This document shows, one piece after another, positions 22,426-34,438 of a stretch of DNA of 35,955 nucleotides (position 1 is the stretch's first letter; each line of letters starts with the position of its first letter). The DNA comes from Nemertoderma westbladi (lineage: Eukaryota > Animalia > Xenacoelomorpha): contig JAUCBJ010001119.1 in the NCBI GenBank assembly GCA_032718475.1, positions 1-35,955 on the forward strand, written 5' to 3'. Made by a program: the position numbers and the translations under genes. Below the pieces are notes generated by a model. That model did no database searches. It had not been told where the DNA came from and saw only the letters and a program-made list of their open reading frames with translations.

Positions 22426-22737
22426 TTTTACTTTTATATGCCAGTATGCAGGTTAAGTGAAATTATTATAATTAAATTAATTGATATCAAAATATTCAAT
22501 TTTACAATATGATATACCGGTACCTAGTGTTGTAGGGCTGCAGGTTCCGTTGAGCGCCATTGCGCCGGTACTGCAGTGTACGGTACATTAACAGTAGTAG
22601 TAAGTACAGTCACAGTCTGATAGTAGATACTATAGAGAAAAAAGGGGTTGGCGGGGAATTCAAATTAACAGTCCATGTACACATGTACAGTACACCCTTA
22701 TTAAATGCGCAGATGTGTATAATGTATATTTCTAACA
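22426..22737 (-). repeat. Copia 5' LTR
   Basis: Begins TGTTAGAAAT and ends AAGTAAAA on the minus strand; matches 18016-18327. Confidence 0.95.
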
Positions 22738-23462
22738 TTCTATACATACAGCAGTAATTATTATTAATGTAATTATTAATGTGTATCAATAACTTGGTAT
22801 TCTATACATACAGCAGTAATTATTATTAATGTAATTATTAATGTGTATCAATAACTTGGTATTCTATACATACAGCAGTAATTATTATTAATGTAATTAT
22901 TAATGTGTATTAATGTAATTATTAATGTGTATCAATAACTTGGTATTCTATACATACAGCAGTAATTATTATTAATGTAATTATTAATGTGTATCAATAA
23001 CTTGGTATTCTATACATACAGCAGTAATTATTATTAATGTGTATCAATAACTTGGTATTCTATACATACAGCAGTAATTATTATTAATGTAATTATTAAT
23101 GTGTATCAATAACTTGGTATTCTATACATACAGCAGTAATTATTATTAATGTGTATCAATAACTTGGTATTCTATACATACAGCAGTAATTATTATTAAT
23201 GTGTATCAATAACTTGGTATTCTATACATACAGCAGTAATTATTATTAATGTAATTATTATTGTGTATCAATAACTTGGTATTCTATACATACAGCAGTA
23301 ATTATTATTAATGTGTATCAATAACTTGGTATTCTATACATACAGCAGTAATTATTATTAATGTGTATCAATAACTTGGTATTCTATACATACAGCAGTA
23401 ATTATTATTAATGTAATTATTAATGTGTATCAATAACTTGGTATTCTATACATACAGCAGTA
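22738..23462. repeat. 62/50-bp minisatellite, right part
   Basis: Same unit resumes in phase; 50-bp variants lack one internal 12-bp subrepeat (AATTATTAATGT). Confidence 0.95.
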
Positions 23463-23699
23463 TTTATATTCATTTGAATTGTTTATCGTTACTGTTACGT
23501 TGCTAGATTTATTAATCAGTATCCAATTTTTTCCTCCATTGTTGGGCTTTTATGGTGTTTAAAATACTATTTATTTTCTTATTTAGCGTACGTAATGTGA
23601 ACCTTATGTATACAAAAACTTTATTTTACTAGAAGATATAGAAGACTACTAGAATACTAGAAGACTAGATATAAATTTTTTCTAAAGCCTGACCTGTAC

Positions 23700-23783
23700 T
23701 TTGTTGTGGGGCGAGCCACGAAGTTGGCGGAGCCTTAGCGAATTGACACTGTTAGGGGGTGGGTCAATTTATTCAAATAGTTG

Positions 23784-23815
<32 letters not shown>

Positions 23816-24232
23816 GTCGTCGTCGTTGTCGTCGTCGTCGTTACGATTTTGACATGCTAATAACTTTGTCGGATTTAAAGCTGCCAAGTTGAAAATTTGT
23901 AGGTATCAATATGAGCAAAAGTTGAGATTTTTAAGAGACTTTCAGACACCATCAGTGCAATGGTCTCCCGCTAGAGGGCCACATGTCTAAACATTAAATG
24001 CCCTCCCATTTCTTTGCTTTTAATCCGTTTAAGCTGAAACTTGGCAGATATGTATTAGACCATTAGCTGTGACTTTCAAAGGAGGCGAATCCATCTGCAG
24101 TTCTCCAGTCTGCCGCTAGAGGGACAACGTGACAACGACAACTATTTGCATAAATTGACCCACCCCCTAACAGTGTCAATTCGCTAAGGCTCTGCCAACT
24201 TCGTGCTGCGCGAAGTCCCCACTTCGTGTTGT
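23700..24232 (+). mobile_element. DINE-1/HINE-like (Helentron-associated) or foldback-type non-autonomous element
   Basis: ~75-bp subterminal inverted repeats (about 23717-23791 / 24131-24205); (GTC)n microsatellite after the left arm; two ~145-bp internal repeats; 3' hairpin CGAAGT-CCCC-ACTTCG (24211-24226); no clear TSD. Confidence 0.65.
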
Positions 24233-24258
24233 CTTAATAGATATGACATTATTTATCC

Positions 24259-24343
24259 AATAACATACGTATCTCATTGGTTCCCCCAAGCGCAGCTTCG
24301 CAGCTGCATGCCGATGCTAGTAGTAGTAGTAGTAGTAGTAGTA
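24259..24343 (+). mobile_element. Short RTE-related retroposed fragment (possible SINE 3' end)
   Basis: 19-nt exact match to RTE 7502-7520, joined to a GCAGC hairpin, GCATGCCGAT and a (TAG)8 tail resembling the RTE 3' end. Confidence 0.65.
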
Positions 24344-24751
24344 AATATGAAGGATATAGATTAATTAATAATATTGTTTTATAATCAATAAAATTCCGAT
24401 AAAAACCAACTGAAACAACAAAAAGGAACAACGTTTTAATATTATTTTAGTTCTTGTTAGAATGTTTTTATCTCGCAACCATTATAAATGACAATTAATT
24501 ATCACCAGAATTATCACAAAAATTGTTTTCACTTAAAGATAAACATGGTCCCTCGAATGCACAGATCGAGTGGATGCGTATCTATTATTATAAGAGTTTG
24601 GCACTCGGGAAAGTTAGCGCATATTCTGAGTCCCAAAAGGCAGTTTCTTTTAAGGCCATCTTGATGGCTTTTTAGTTTATTTTTATTTTATTTCTTGTGT
24701 TTGAAATGTATTGCTCTGTTGGTTTATTACACGACAATGTTATTATTTCAG

Positions 24752-26520
24752 ACTATGACCGACCATAGACCACCCTGGCGGAATCCCTCCAACCACAATG
24801 CCGATGTATTTACCTAAAGACTCCGAAGATTACCTATCTGACACTGAATGCGATACAATAGAGACCTACATTTGTGCTGCAGCAATAAGCGCCTTTAACC
24901 CTATTAAACCCGGGGTGGGGGGGGGGGTCAATATGACCCCTCCCGTGGTTTTTTTATTATAATTCTGAAACAAACGCAGTTGGGAATCTGAAATTTTATG
25001 ACTTTTCCTAAAAATCTATTGTCTTCCTAGTAGTGAAAACCGTTTCCAAAAATATTGGGTACTTTTCGAGTTATAGCGCCATTTTTTAACCCTACTTTTG
25101 GCACTTTTTTTGAGACGTTTTTTGAAAATTACATTTCATTAAATATGAATTGTAACATCTCTATTTTTTATTTACACGGGTATTTTGGTGTTAGAAATTT
25201 GATGGAATTCATATAAATTGATTTAGAAATTTTAAACTTGTTTTTTTCGGTGGGTGCCAAATTTTGGTGCCAGCACCAAATTTTGAAATAAGTCAATTTT
25301 GTAAATTGATCGTTTGAAACTTGTTTTTTACGCAATTGGGGTTTTTTGGGTTTCTGGATTCGAAGAAATATATACGAGTTGCACCAAGCGTATCAAACTT
25401 GTATTTTTCGGTGCTGTGTGCAAATTTTGGTGCTAGCACGAAATTTTGAAAATCCATTCAATAGATAAAATTGCTTGTGAGAATTTATTTCTTGCGTTTT
25501 AGAGGTTTATGGCTGTTCTGAATTCAATGGAAAATATAATTATCGAACTAGACATCTCAAACTTGTATTTTTCGGATGTGGGTGCAAAATGTGGTGCTAG
25601 CACCAAATTTTGAAAACCATCAAATATATCAATTGATTGTGTCACCTTGTTTCTTGCGTTATACAGGTTTGTGATGGTTCTGAATTCAATGAAATCAGTA
25701 AAAATTTCATAAGAGTTGTCAAACTTGTATTTTTCGCCGGTGGGTGAAAATTGTTGTGCCAGCACCAAATTTTGGAAAATATGCAAATTGATAAGTAGAT
25801 AGTATCACCTTGTTTCTTGCGTTATACGGGTTTATGAGGGTCCTGAATCCGATGAAATCAATACAAACTGCACTGGACATCGCAAACTTGTACTTTTTGG
25901 TGATGGGTACGAAATTTGGTGCTAGCACCAAAATTTGCCAAATTACGCCGAAAAATACAAGTAGCAATGATCTAGCATATTAGAAATGTATTCCATTAGA
26001 ATCAGCGCCCTCGAAAACCTGAAAAATGTGAATTTATAGCATCGTATAAGTGAATTAAAAATTTTGTGTTCTAACTGAAAAGTGCTGGTTACTTGTTTTT
26101 TTCATTTTTTTCCTACGCAGAGAGGACTAAACAGCCATTTATAGTAATCATATCATTTTTTAATATTTTCCAATGTATTTTACACCCCAGAAAACCTGTA
26201 TTGAAAAATAATTAGCCGAAAATGTAACTTTCAAATTTGGTGAAAATTGTGCACTACTTGTAATTTTGGTGCTGCAATATAACCACCCCAGTACATTTTT
26301 TCGAAAATTTTTTTTTTCGGTCGGATCCAGACAAGTGATACCTACGTACAAACAAAAAATCAGACGTTTTCGTAAATATTTGTAGATTTTAGAGGGGGGG
26401 GTCAATATGACCCCCTCCCGGTATTTGTACAACATTTTATAGCCCGGTACTAATAGGGTTAATGTACCCCAAGACACTTCTTGTAGCGCAACTTGCTGTG
26501 ATGAAGACCTTCGCAACTAA
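24752..26520 (+). pseudogene. Putative last exon of the Ly6/three-finger-like gene, split by a piggyBac-like insertion (coding parts 24752-24898 and 26463-26520)
   Basis: Acceptor ttatttCAG ends at 24751. Removing the insert and one TTAA restores ...TTMPMYLPKDSEDYLSDTECDTIETYICAAAISAFNVPQDTSCSATCCDEDLRN*, a near-match to the CCxxDLCN terminus. AATAAA at 26690. Confidence 0.62.
24899..26458. mobile_element. Non-autonomous piggyBac-like DNA transposon (1560 bp)
   Basis: TTAA at 24895-24898 and 26459-26462; ends CCCTATTA / TAATAGGG; subterminal palindrome GGGGTCAATATGACCCC at both ends with asymmetric spacers; five ~163-bp internal repeats; flanks rejoin into one reading frame. Confidence 0.85.
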
Positions 26521-27522
26521 AAATAATTCTTCAAATAGACTAGGACTATCTACTTTCTTTTTGAATGTTAGGTGATGGAATTTAAAAATAATAGTTTAAA
26601 GAATATACAACTACATTATATACTATCTTCTTAAAAAAACAATAATTCAAATATATTTTCTCTTAAATATATTATTTTATTTGGCAATTAATAAAGTATG
26701 CCTTACAGGTATCTATCGCTCGTTCCAAAATCACTTATTTAACGGGTGAATGCTACCAGTCCCAGTGACGTCGATAAACTATATCTAGAGATGGGAAGGA
26801 TAATAAATTAATATATTTATTGTACATTAAAGCACTATTCGAACTCAATGCTTGTAATAACAACGCCAAGATAGTGCAGGCACTACTGATATTGCCGAGA
26901 AATAAATGGAGGAAGATACCTTTCTCAATGTGAGTAAGGAACAGAACCGGAATTGGAGGAGATGTCGAACTTGATGACATATGAAGCGGAACAAATTTAC
27001 AGAGCCAATGTATAGCAAGGACCATTTCAGCAAAGTACCTAGGCCGAAATACAGCCGACCAAACCATGCGTGCGTGTAGGAATAACCACCAAGTCAACCG
27101 GTCGGCTTTCTCTCGCCAAACGAGATCCCGTCACAATATATTCTATATTGTTATATATTCAAGTTTTAATTATATATTAACTATTTAATTATATTCCATT
27201 AGTTATTATAAAATAAATACATGTTACTCACTCTCACACGTTCTATCAATCAAAATGGTGGATGATGTTTTCTGCAATTATTTTATAAAAAATGGTTCAT
27301 AATTTCGATTTAAATATCCTACTGTAAATATATTCAAAGTTAATAAAACGTCAATGATTATATTTAATTGGCATTTTAAAGTACCAATACTCTGGATGGA
27401 TAAATCCCACTGGTTGTGCAAGAAAAACTATAATTATATTTTTGACATATAAAATTAATTGTAAATAAATTGAATTTAAGTAGAACTCCACAATACTAAT
27501 CCACTATCGAAAATCTATAATT

Positions 27523-27714
27523 TAGTTTTAGTTTGATGCCTGGAGCTGGACTGTATGGTGTGGTGTGGTGTCTGTATGTGATCCTAAAGAAGAGTGAACA
27601 TATATGGTTGAGCGACTAGTTTTAGTTTTATGCCTGGAGCTGGACTGTATGGTGTGGTGTGGTGTCTGTATGTGTTCCTAAACAGTGAACATATATGATT
27701 GAGCGACTAGTTTT
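27523..27714. repeat. Tandem duplication of a ~94-bp unit (2 copies)
   Basis: TAGTTTTAGTTT...TGGAGCTGGACTGTATGGTGTGGTGTGGTGTC...GAGCGAC occurs twice. Confidence 0.85.
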
Positions 27715-27845
27715 GGTTAGGTTAGGTTTATGTTCTTCTAGCATTGTATGTATCAGTAGCTTAGCTGGTGACCTATGATTCTAACATTGAACATTGAACA
27801 TTTATTTAATAATGGCGAATCAGGAGTTTAAAATATAAATAAAAA

Positions 27846-30275
27846 ATGCGTGTTTGTGTTTCTCATGGAGAGTTACATGCATTCGGGGATGCATCTAAAA
27901 AGGCATATGCAGCATGTATTTACTTGTGTCTGCGGAAATCAAATCAAACCCCCCAATCTACACTAGTGGTTGCAAAGTCTCGAGTCGCACCTTTGATGGA
28001 ACAATCTTTATCGAAGTCTTCATCTAAGCCCCCATCAATGCCCCGTCTAGAACTATTGGCTGCAGTTTTGGCAGCTCGCTTGCTGAACACAGTTCTTGAT
28101 TCTTTGCTACCACTCAAACTCACGCCTAAGTTTTTGTTGGTCTGACTCTCAAAATGTAATTTGTTGGATTCGCAATACAACCAAGGAGTTCAAACCATTT
28201 ATCGAAAATAAGGTCCGCGAAAACCGATCCTTAACTCAACCAAATATTTGGAATCATCTTCCTGGAACTAGTAATCCAGCAGATGTGGCAACTCGTCCAA
28301 TTTCACACGAAAAATTTTGTGATTGTAGTATGTGGTGGTATGGCCCATCATGGATACTAAACCCAGCTTCTGAATGGCCTTCCACTAAAAAGATAGAAAT
28401 ACAAGAACAACATCTACTTCAAACAACATTAGTTGTTGCAACAAACGACATTATAGAACCAACAAAACCATCAATTAATTCAGTGATAAATTCAGAGAAG
28501 TTCAACTCTTACATGAAACTACTTCGCTGTACATGCTATGTAATTCGATTCATTAATAATTTGAAGTCAAAGGTTAAAGGTAATACTAAAGAAACATATG
28601 GCCCAATAACCACATCTGAAATTCGATCATCCGAGAAACTTTGGATTCGAGAAACTCAATCTATCGAATTTAAGACTGAACTAATCTACATGAAATCAAA
28701 GGAAGGGAAATGTCCATCTCTTCTAAATAGTCTAAAGTTATTCTTGGATAAAGATGATATTCTGCGGTATAAAACTCGTCTTCAAAATGCTCAATTGAAA
28801 TATGATCAGATATTTCCTATTATTTTGCCCAAAAATTCACACCTTAGCTCACTAATCATCAGTGATGCTCACAATCAAGTTATTCATGGTGGTGTTCAAG
28901 ATACTCTAATACAACTACGGACACGTTTCTGGATACCAAAGGGTAGACAACGTGTTAAGTCAATTTTGCTTCGCTGCGTACAATGTAGAAGGATACAAGG
29001 ATAACCTTACAGACTACCTCAAGCTCCACCCCTGCCTCCATTTCGTGTTGATCAGTTCTATCCATTCGCCAATGTTGGAATTGACATGGCTGGTCCACTT
29101 TATGCAAAGTCAGAAGTGTCTACTGACAGTATGTTGAAGGTTTTTACATTTGCCTTTATACATGCCCCAGCACAAGAGCAATTCATCTGGATTTACTTAA
29201 CGATCTCACAAGTAAAACATTCATAAATTCGTTGAGGCAATTCATAGCTCGAAGAGGAGTCCCAATTCGCATCTTGTCTGACAATGGTGCCACGTTTAAA
29301 AGAGCATCCCGAGAATTTAAGAAACTCTATAAACAAATCGTGAAATCACCTGAAGTCATAACATATTGTTGCCAAAATAGAATAACTTGGCAATTTAATG
29401 TGGCTTTAGCCCCATGGTGGGGAGGCCTGTGGGAAAGGCAAGTTCAGTCAACTAAGAAATGTCTCCGCAAAGTCATTGGACGTGCCATATTGTCATCTGA
29501 TGCTCTGAGAACAATCCTCGTAGAAGTCGAAGGAGTTCTCAATTCAAGACCACTTACCTATGTCGACACTGAAGATAACGTTGACATATTAACTCCAAAT
29601 CATCTTCTTTGTGGCCGTCGCCTAGGTTCATTACCTGATGAGACTGAAGTATCTGAACAATTGAGTGCAACTCAAAACAGTCTTAGACAATCTTACAAAC
29701 TACGGAAGAGTCTGATAGCTCAATTTTGGAAATCTTGGTTAGATGACTATCTTTGTTTCATGAAAAGTCAACATTGGACTAACACTAAAGACCACAAATC
29801 CAATATCAAGATTGGAGATATTGTGATTATACATCAAGCTCATAAACCTCGTGCTTTCTGGAAGTTTGGTCGGATAGCAAAAATTATCCATGGCCGAGAT
29901 GAGCGTGTCCGTGCAGCTGATGTCACAGTAGGTCGAAAACCATATTATACAGCGACCAATAAGTTTACTATATCCACTTGAAGTTTAATCATAAAATACA
30001 GGTGGATTAGTACTAAAAATGTTGAACTCAGAACCAAATGCACTACCTACTTAGACATGTTTGTTATTAATATTGATTGATATATTTAATAGTTTATACA
30101 GTATAATTATAGAATACCATTACATAGTGGAATATAATTATTTTTTGCATATTATCAAACTCATGTATGAATATTACATATTCATGGTGGGGAGATGTTG
30201 GAGATTTATATTAGCTTTTATAAATATTCTTCCCATACTTTTTCGAAACATTATATTATCATGATTATTAGTTGG
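27846..30275 (+). mobile_element. Decayed BEL/Pao LTR retrotransposon 3' fragment (RNase H, integrase, PPT, start of 3' LTR)
   Basis: LHAFGDAS..AY, KSRVAPL, PRLEL, WSDSQ, NPADVATR; H..HGG...CVQC; FIARRG, SDNGATF, APWWGGLWER, NSRPL, LTPNH, FW..W...YL. Several frameshifts and stops. GGTGGGGAGA followed by TGTTGG at 30196. Confidence 0.88.
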
Positions 30276-33200
30276 CTACTACTAGGTTCGGCATGCTGCA
30301 TTGCAGCTGCATTATTAAGAATGCTGTGCCGGCTTGTCAACAAAATTGCACCGCCACAACTCCCTATCACCCATGACATTTGCTAGATCATCCGCATCTT
30401 CAAGGCCAGTGTCCTTTAAGATGCGTCTCAAGAAAGTCATGGGCTGTCCACCATGCTTATTCACTCCATGAGGCTGCCAAAGTACAAGATTATGCACTGG
30501 CTGGTCCTCACGGCGAAAGCAAAGTCCTGCAAAGCGGAGGCGATTTTGTTCTAGAGTCAAGCTTGGGGGAACCAATGAGACACCTCCAATGTTATATAGT
30601 GTCGGGTTGGAGATGTGTGCATTGTACTTGACACAATGAACCCGGCGTAGCATTCTTGTGAATGTGCCATCCAGAGATTTGGTGTCCTCAGCAGTTAGAG
30701 CCCAGCATGGACTCCCGTAGAGGAGTACTGGAACTACTGCTGCTCTAAATAATTGGACCTTAAGTTTCCGATTAATTCTCGGTGACTTCCAAATCATGGA
30801 AAGCCTATTCAAGGCTGCCCATGCCTTTCCCTTACGTATTCAAGGTCCTCACCTGACTTCCGGATCCATGATCCCAGGAAACAGAAGTCGTCCACATGCT
30901 CAAGCATACCATCCTTTTAGCTTATACTCATCCGATCAGAGACTTGCTAAGGACATTCAAAGTTAACTGTCAAAATTTTGGTCTTTCTGGAGTTAATAAA
31001 AAGACCAACACTAGAAGCAGCATGTTCTAATGAGCTGAGGAGCCGTTGGGCTCCCTCTAATGATTCTGAGAGTACTCCTAAGTCATCATCAAAGTCTAGA
31101 TCAGTTAGGTACTCGGCAGGATTTCCTCGACTTCTGGAGCCAGTAGGTGGAGATATCATCACCCCATCATCATTATGATGATCTAAGGACATGCATAGAA
31201 CATAGTCAATCACAATAATGAACAAGAATGATGCAAGTGTGTCTCCTTGGAGGACGCCCCATAACACTTCAAATGGTTCTGTGTCAACGTCAACAGTAGA
31301 CACAAATGTTGTCGAACCATCGTATACTGATCTTATTGCTGCAATAATTTCAACAGGAATCCCATATAATGAAAGTATGCTGAACATACGTGAGCGAGAG
31401 ACTGAATCAAAGGCCTTGAAGAAGTCAACAAAGATAACAGCCAGATAGATGCCTGTCTTTCTTTTTTGATAATTCTTCAATTATCCTTCTAAGTGCCAAA
31501 ATGGGCTCCATGGTCCCACGACCTTTACGGAACCCATTCTGATTTCCACGGAGCAGTCTCTCAATGGGATCCCTGATGAGATTTAATAGAATCCTATTGT
31601 ATAGCTTTGCAGCCATCGAGATCAATGAGATTCCCCGAAAAGAACCATAGAGTGTTAGGTTGCCCTTCTTGGGAACTGGCACCAACTTATTTGTTTTCAT
31701 TTCTTGTGGGACTCTTGTTGTTCGGTACATGTCTACTATGATGGGATAGATGAGCTCAGGGGGAACACCATCTACTCCACTGGCACGATTGGTCTTAATG
31801 TACTTTGCAGCAGCCTTCACTTCTGCAAAGGAGATATCGCCAATGGGAATATCTGGGAGTACAGACTCAGACACTTTTACTTCTATAAAGTTATCAGGCA
31901 ATACCCTGTCATTATTGAGGAGCTTTTCAAGGTGGGCTTTCCAACCATTGAGTCGATTGGCTGGTGATTCAGCCTTAACCGTGGTGGTTGGTTGGCTTTT
32001 CCGCCCAGTAAGCGAATTGATCGATTTCCATGCCTGGGATGATTGCCTGCTGTCGTCAGCATCATTGATGCCATCAACCTGTTGGTTTATTAGCTCATGT
32101 AGATTAACAGAGTACTGCCTGTTCAGGGACCTAGATGCAGCCTTAACTGCATTCTTGGCCGCTGTAGTCTGTTTGAGTCGGGACTCTTTCTGCGCCTTAT
32201 GAAGGTTATTTCGGCACTTCTGAATTTTGTTGTCAGTCCAGGGGGCCCTTTTCCTGTTTCGAGGGTATACAGGAACTGTTTCTGCAGCTGCTGACTTAAC
32301 TGCTTCTGTAAAGGCAGTATAGCCCTCACAGTGATCTGCCGCCTCAGAGGCAAGAGCCTCATACCTGTTGCTCAGCTGTAGTGTGAAGCTGGATCTCACA
32401 CTTGGCTGTTGCAACAGAGAGGACCAGTCATGCCGCGGCAAGGCAGATTTCGTTGTTCTGCTAGCACGCAGACTAAGTCTTACCTTGGCCACAATAAGGC
32501 GGTGATCACTGGAGAAGGGTCGAAGTGTAAATGCATTACAGTCTTGTATAGAGCTCCTGTATTTCCTACGAAACAGAATATGGTCTATCTGGGACTTGTG
32601 ACCACTGGGTCCACTATGAGTCCATAGCTTTCCAGTTCGCTTCTTGAACTGGGTTCCAGCCGAAAACAATCCATTTCCAGAGATAAAATCCTGAAGATGG
32701 ACAGAATTTCGGTTAACACTATTGCTATAGACCCAGGGCGATGTAGGTGATTGATGCAGACTTGCATTAAAGTCTCCCAGGAATGTTAAGAATGCATGCT
32801 GATGCACTCCATCAGTAGCTGCTTGTAGATTGTGGTATAAATTTTCCACCTCCTCTACAGGGGCAACACTAGTTGGAGAGTAGCACACGATCAGAACCAC
32901 CTTAGGAAACTTCTTAGCCAGTCTTCCAGAACATGAGAAGTGGCAACGGATGATGCGGTTAGAGATTTGGTCTATTTTGTCCACTGCTGCATGTGCAGTT
33001 GGATTCATCAATAGACCAATTCCACCATTGCCACCATCATCTGCTGACGCGAGGGCGAGTCGCCAACCGCCCCCCATGTCCTTAATCACAACCTCATCAG
33101 TCTGTCCAGTCTGCATTCGGTGCTCTTGAACACCCACTGCGCTAAGAGATAGCTTATCTGCCAAGGCAGTCAGCTCACCTTGTCGCATTGGGGACCCGAG

Positions 33201-34004
33201 TGTTAGGGTGTTTACTGAGGCTAGTCTAGTGACTTGCCTCAGATTCACCAATGGCTTTGTTGGTCGGGGTGGAACATGAGAGTAGCCTCCAACTCCAGAA
33301 TCCCTCTCCCCATCACAATCTGGCCTCCCTGGTGACCCAGGGTTTGAGCCAGAAAGGTCATCAGGAAAGGGACTCAAAGAATTGTTGGCTGCTCTCTCTC
33401 CAGTAGGGGGTGAGACAGGCAGCCGGTCAGGAGTTAACTGACGCCTGTGAGGCCGATTGTGTCCGGTAATTCCACTGGCCTCTAGTGGCCGGACCTCCGC
33501 ATTGCTAATGTAATCCATAGTGGGGGTTGGGGGGTGCTTTTTTGCCGAGTCAGCTCTCGGGGCAAATACCACACCCTGGTTTGCCATTCCACAGGGTGGG
33601 TGTCGCAATGGAGTCAGATATGAGGCCCATCACCCATATCTACTCTGGCGCACATGACCCACCATTGGCTGTTGCAGCTCATCTGCTGGGTCATGCCCTG
33701 TACCCTTGCTGCCAGGTGCAGGTCGCAGTGAAGTGCTCTCAGAGTGGACATGAGAACACCTCTACTCCTGACCAGCCATTGGTAGATCACCATCTGCCTG
33801 GTCAGGCCATATACCCCTGCAGCCAAGTATATGGGTCCTTAATCCAGGACCAAGGGCGTCCTTATCCCAGAACGAAGGGGGTCCTAGTTACAGGACCAGA
33901 TTTGCCCTAGTAAGAGGGTCTATGCAGCTACAGGTGGCACCTCCTTTATGCTGCATGGAGGTGGCAAGTTTTCTTGATCAATGACCTAGAATACCTGACC
34001 TGAC
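30276..34004 (-). mobile_element. Full-length RTE LINE, copy 2 (inactivated)
   Basis: Colinear with copy 1 from the GTCAG 5' end to the (TAG)3 tail. Lesions: 27-bp in-frame deletion (PPE/LIYP), 4-bp duplication near 31445, FADD to FDDD, stops near 30948 and 30841. No TSD found. Confidence 0.93.
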
Positions 34005-34438
34005 AGCAGACCTGCCCACAACGCATAAAGAACCCACATCATTTCACCCGCGCCCATTTAGACCATGATTCGAAAGCCTGAGACAGCCCATGCCAGAGGT
34101 AAGACTTTGCTCGATGCCTTTACCCGCCGTAAGACTGTTGATCAGGGTGAAGTGTGACGACGTCCTTGGATGCCGCAAAGTTTGGGAGTTAAATATTTTG
34201 GATCCAGACAGAAACCCCACGGTTGACCTGCATCATCACAGGTGCGAGCTGGTGCTGTTTTCTAGTACTTCACTTGGTGCAAACAGCACACTCTAGAATT
34301 TGGTGACTTTACCATACTAGCGATTCAGTACCGGTTAGCCCTGTAGGCTTTGCTGTCAACTGATCTGTTTGGGTTTGACGTATTTACTCAGGCATAGGGC
34401 AGCTTTTCATGCTAACGGCACACTATTTGGGCTTAAGG

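Larger units (their letters stand above)
18016..22737 (-). mobile_element. Intact Ty1/Copia LTR retrotransposon
   Basis: Two 312-bp LTRs identical by eye; 5-bp TSD TTCTA (18011-18015, 22738-22742); PBS and PPT present; single gag-pol ORF. Confidence 0.97.

Noticed and set aside
18150-22757. Short ORFs in the LTRs and antisense or alternate frames of the Copia, RTE and LINE ORFs
   Set aside because: Shadow ORFs with no motifs, mostly with non-ATG starts.
26753-27097. 114-aa minus-strand ORF
   Set aside because: No recognisable domain and no supporting exon structure.
27783-27810. Minus-strand AATAAA+(TGTTCAA)n, like a LINE 3' tail
   Set aside because: No LINE body attached; too short to call.
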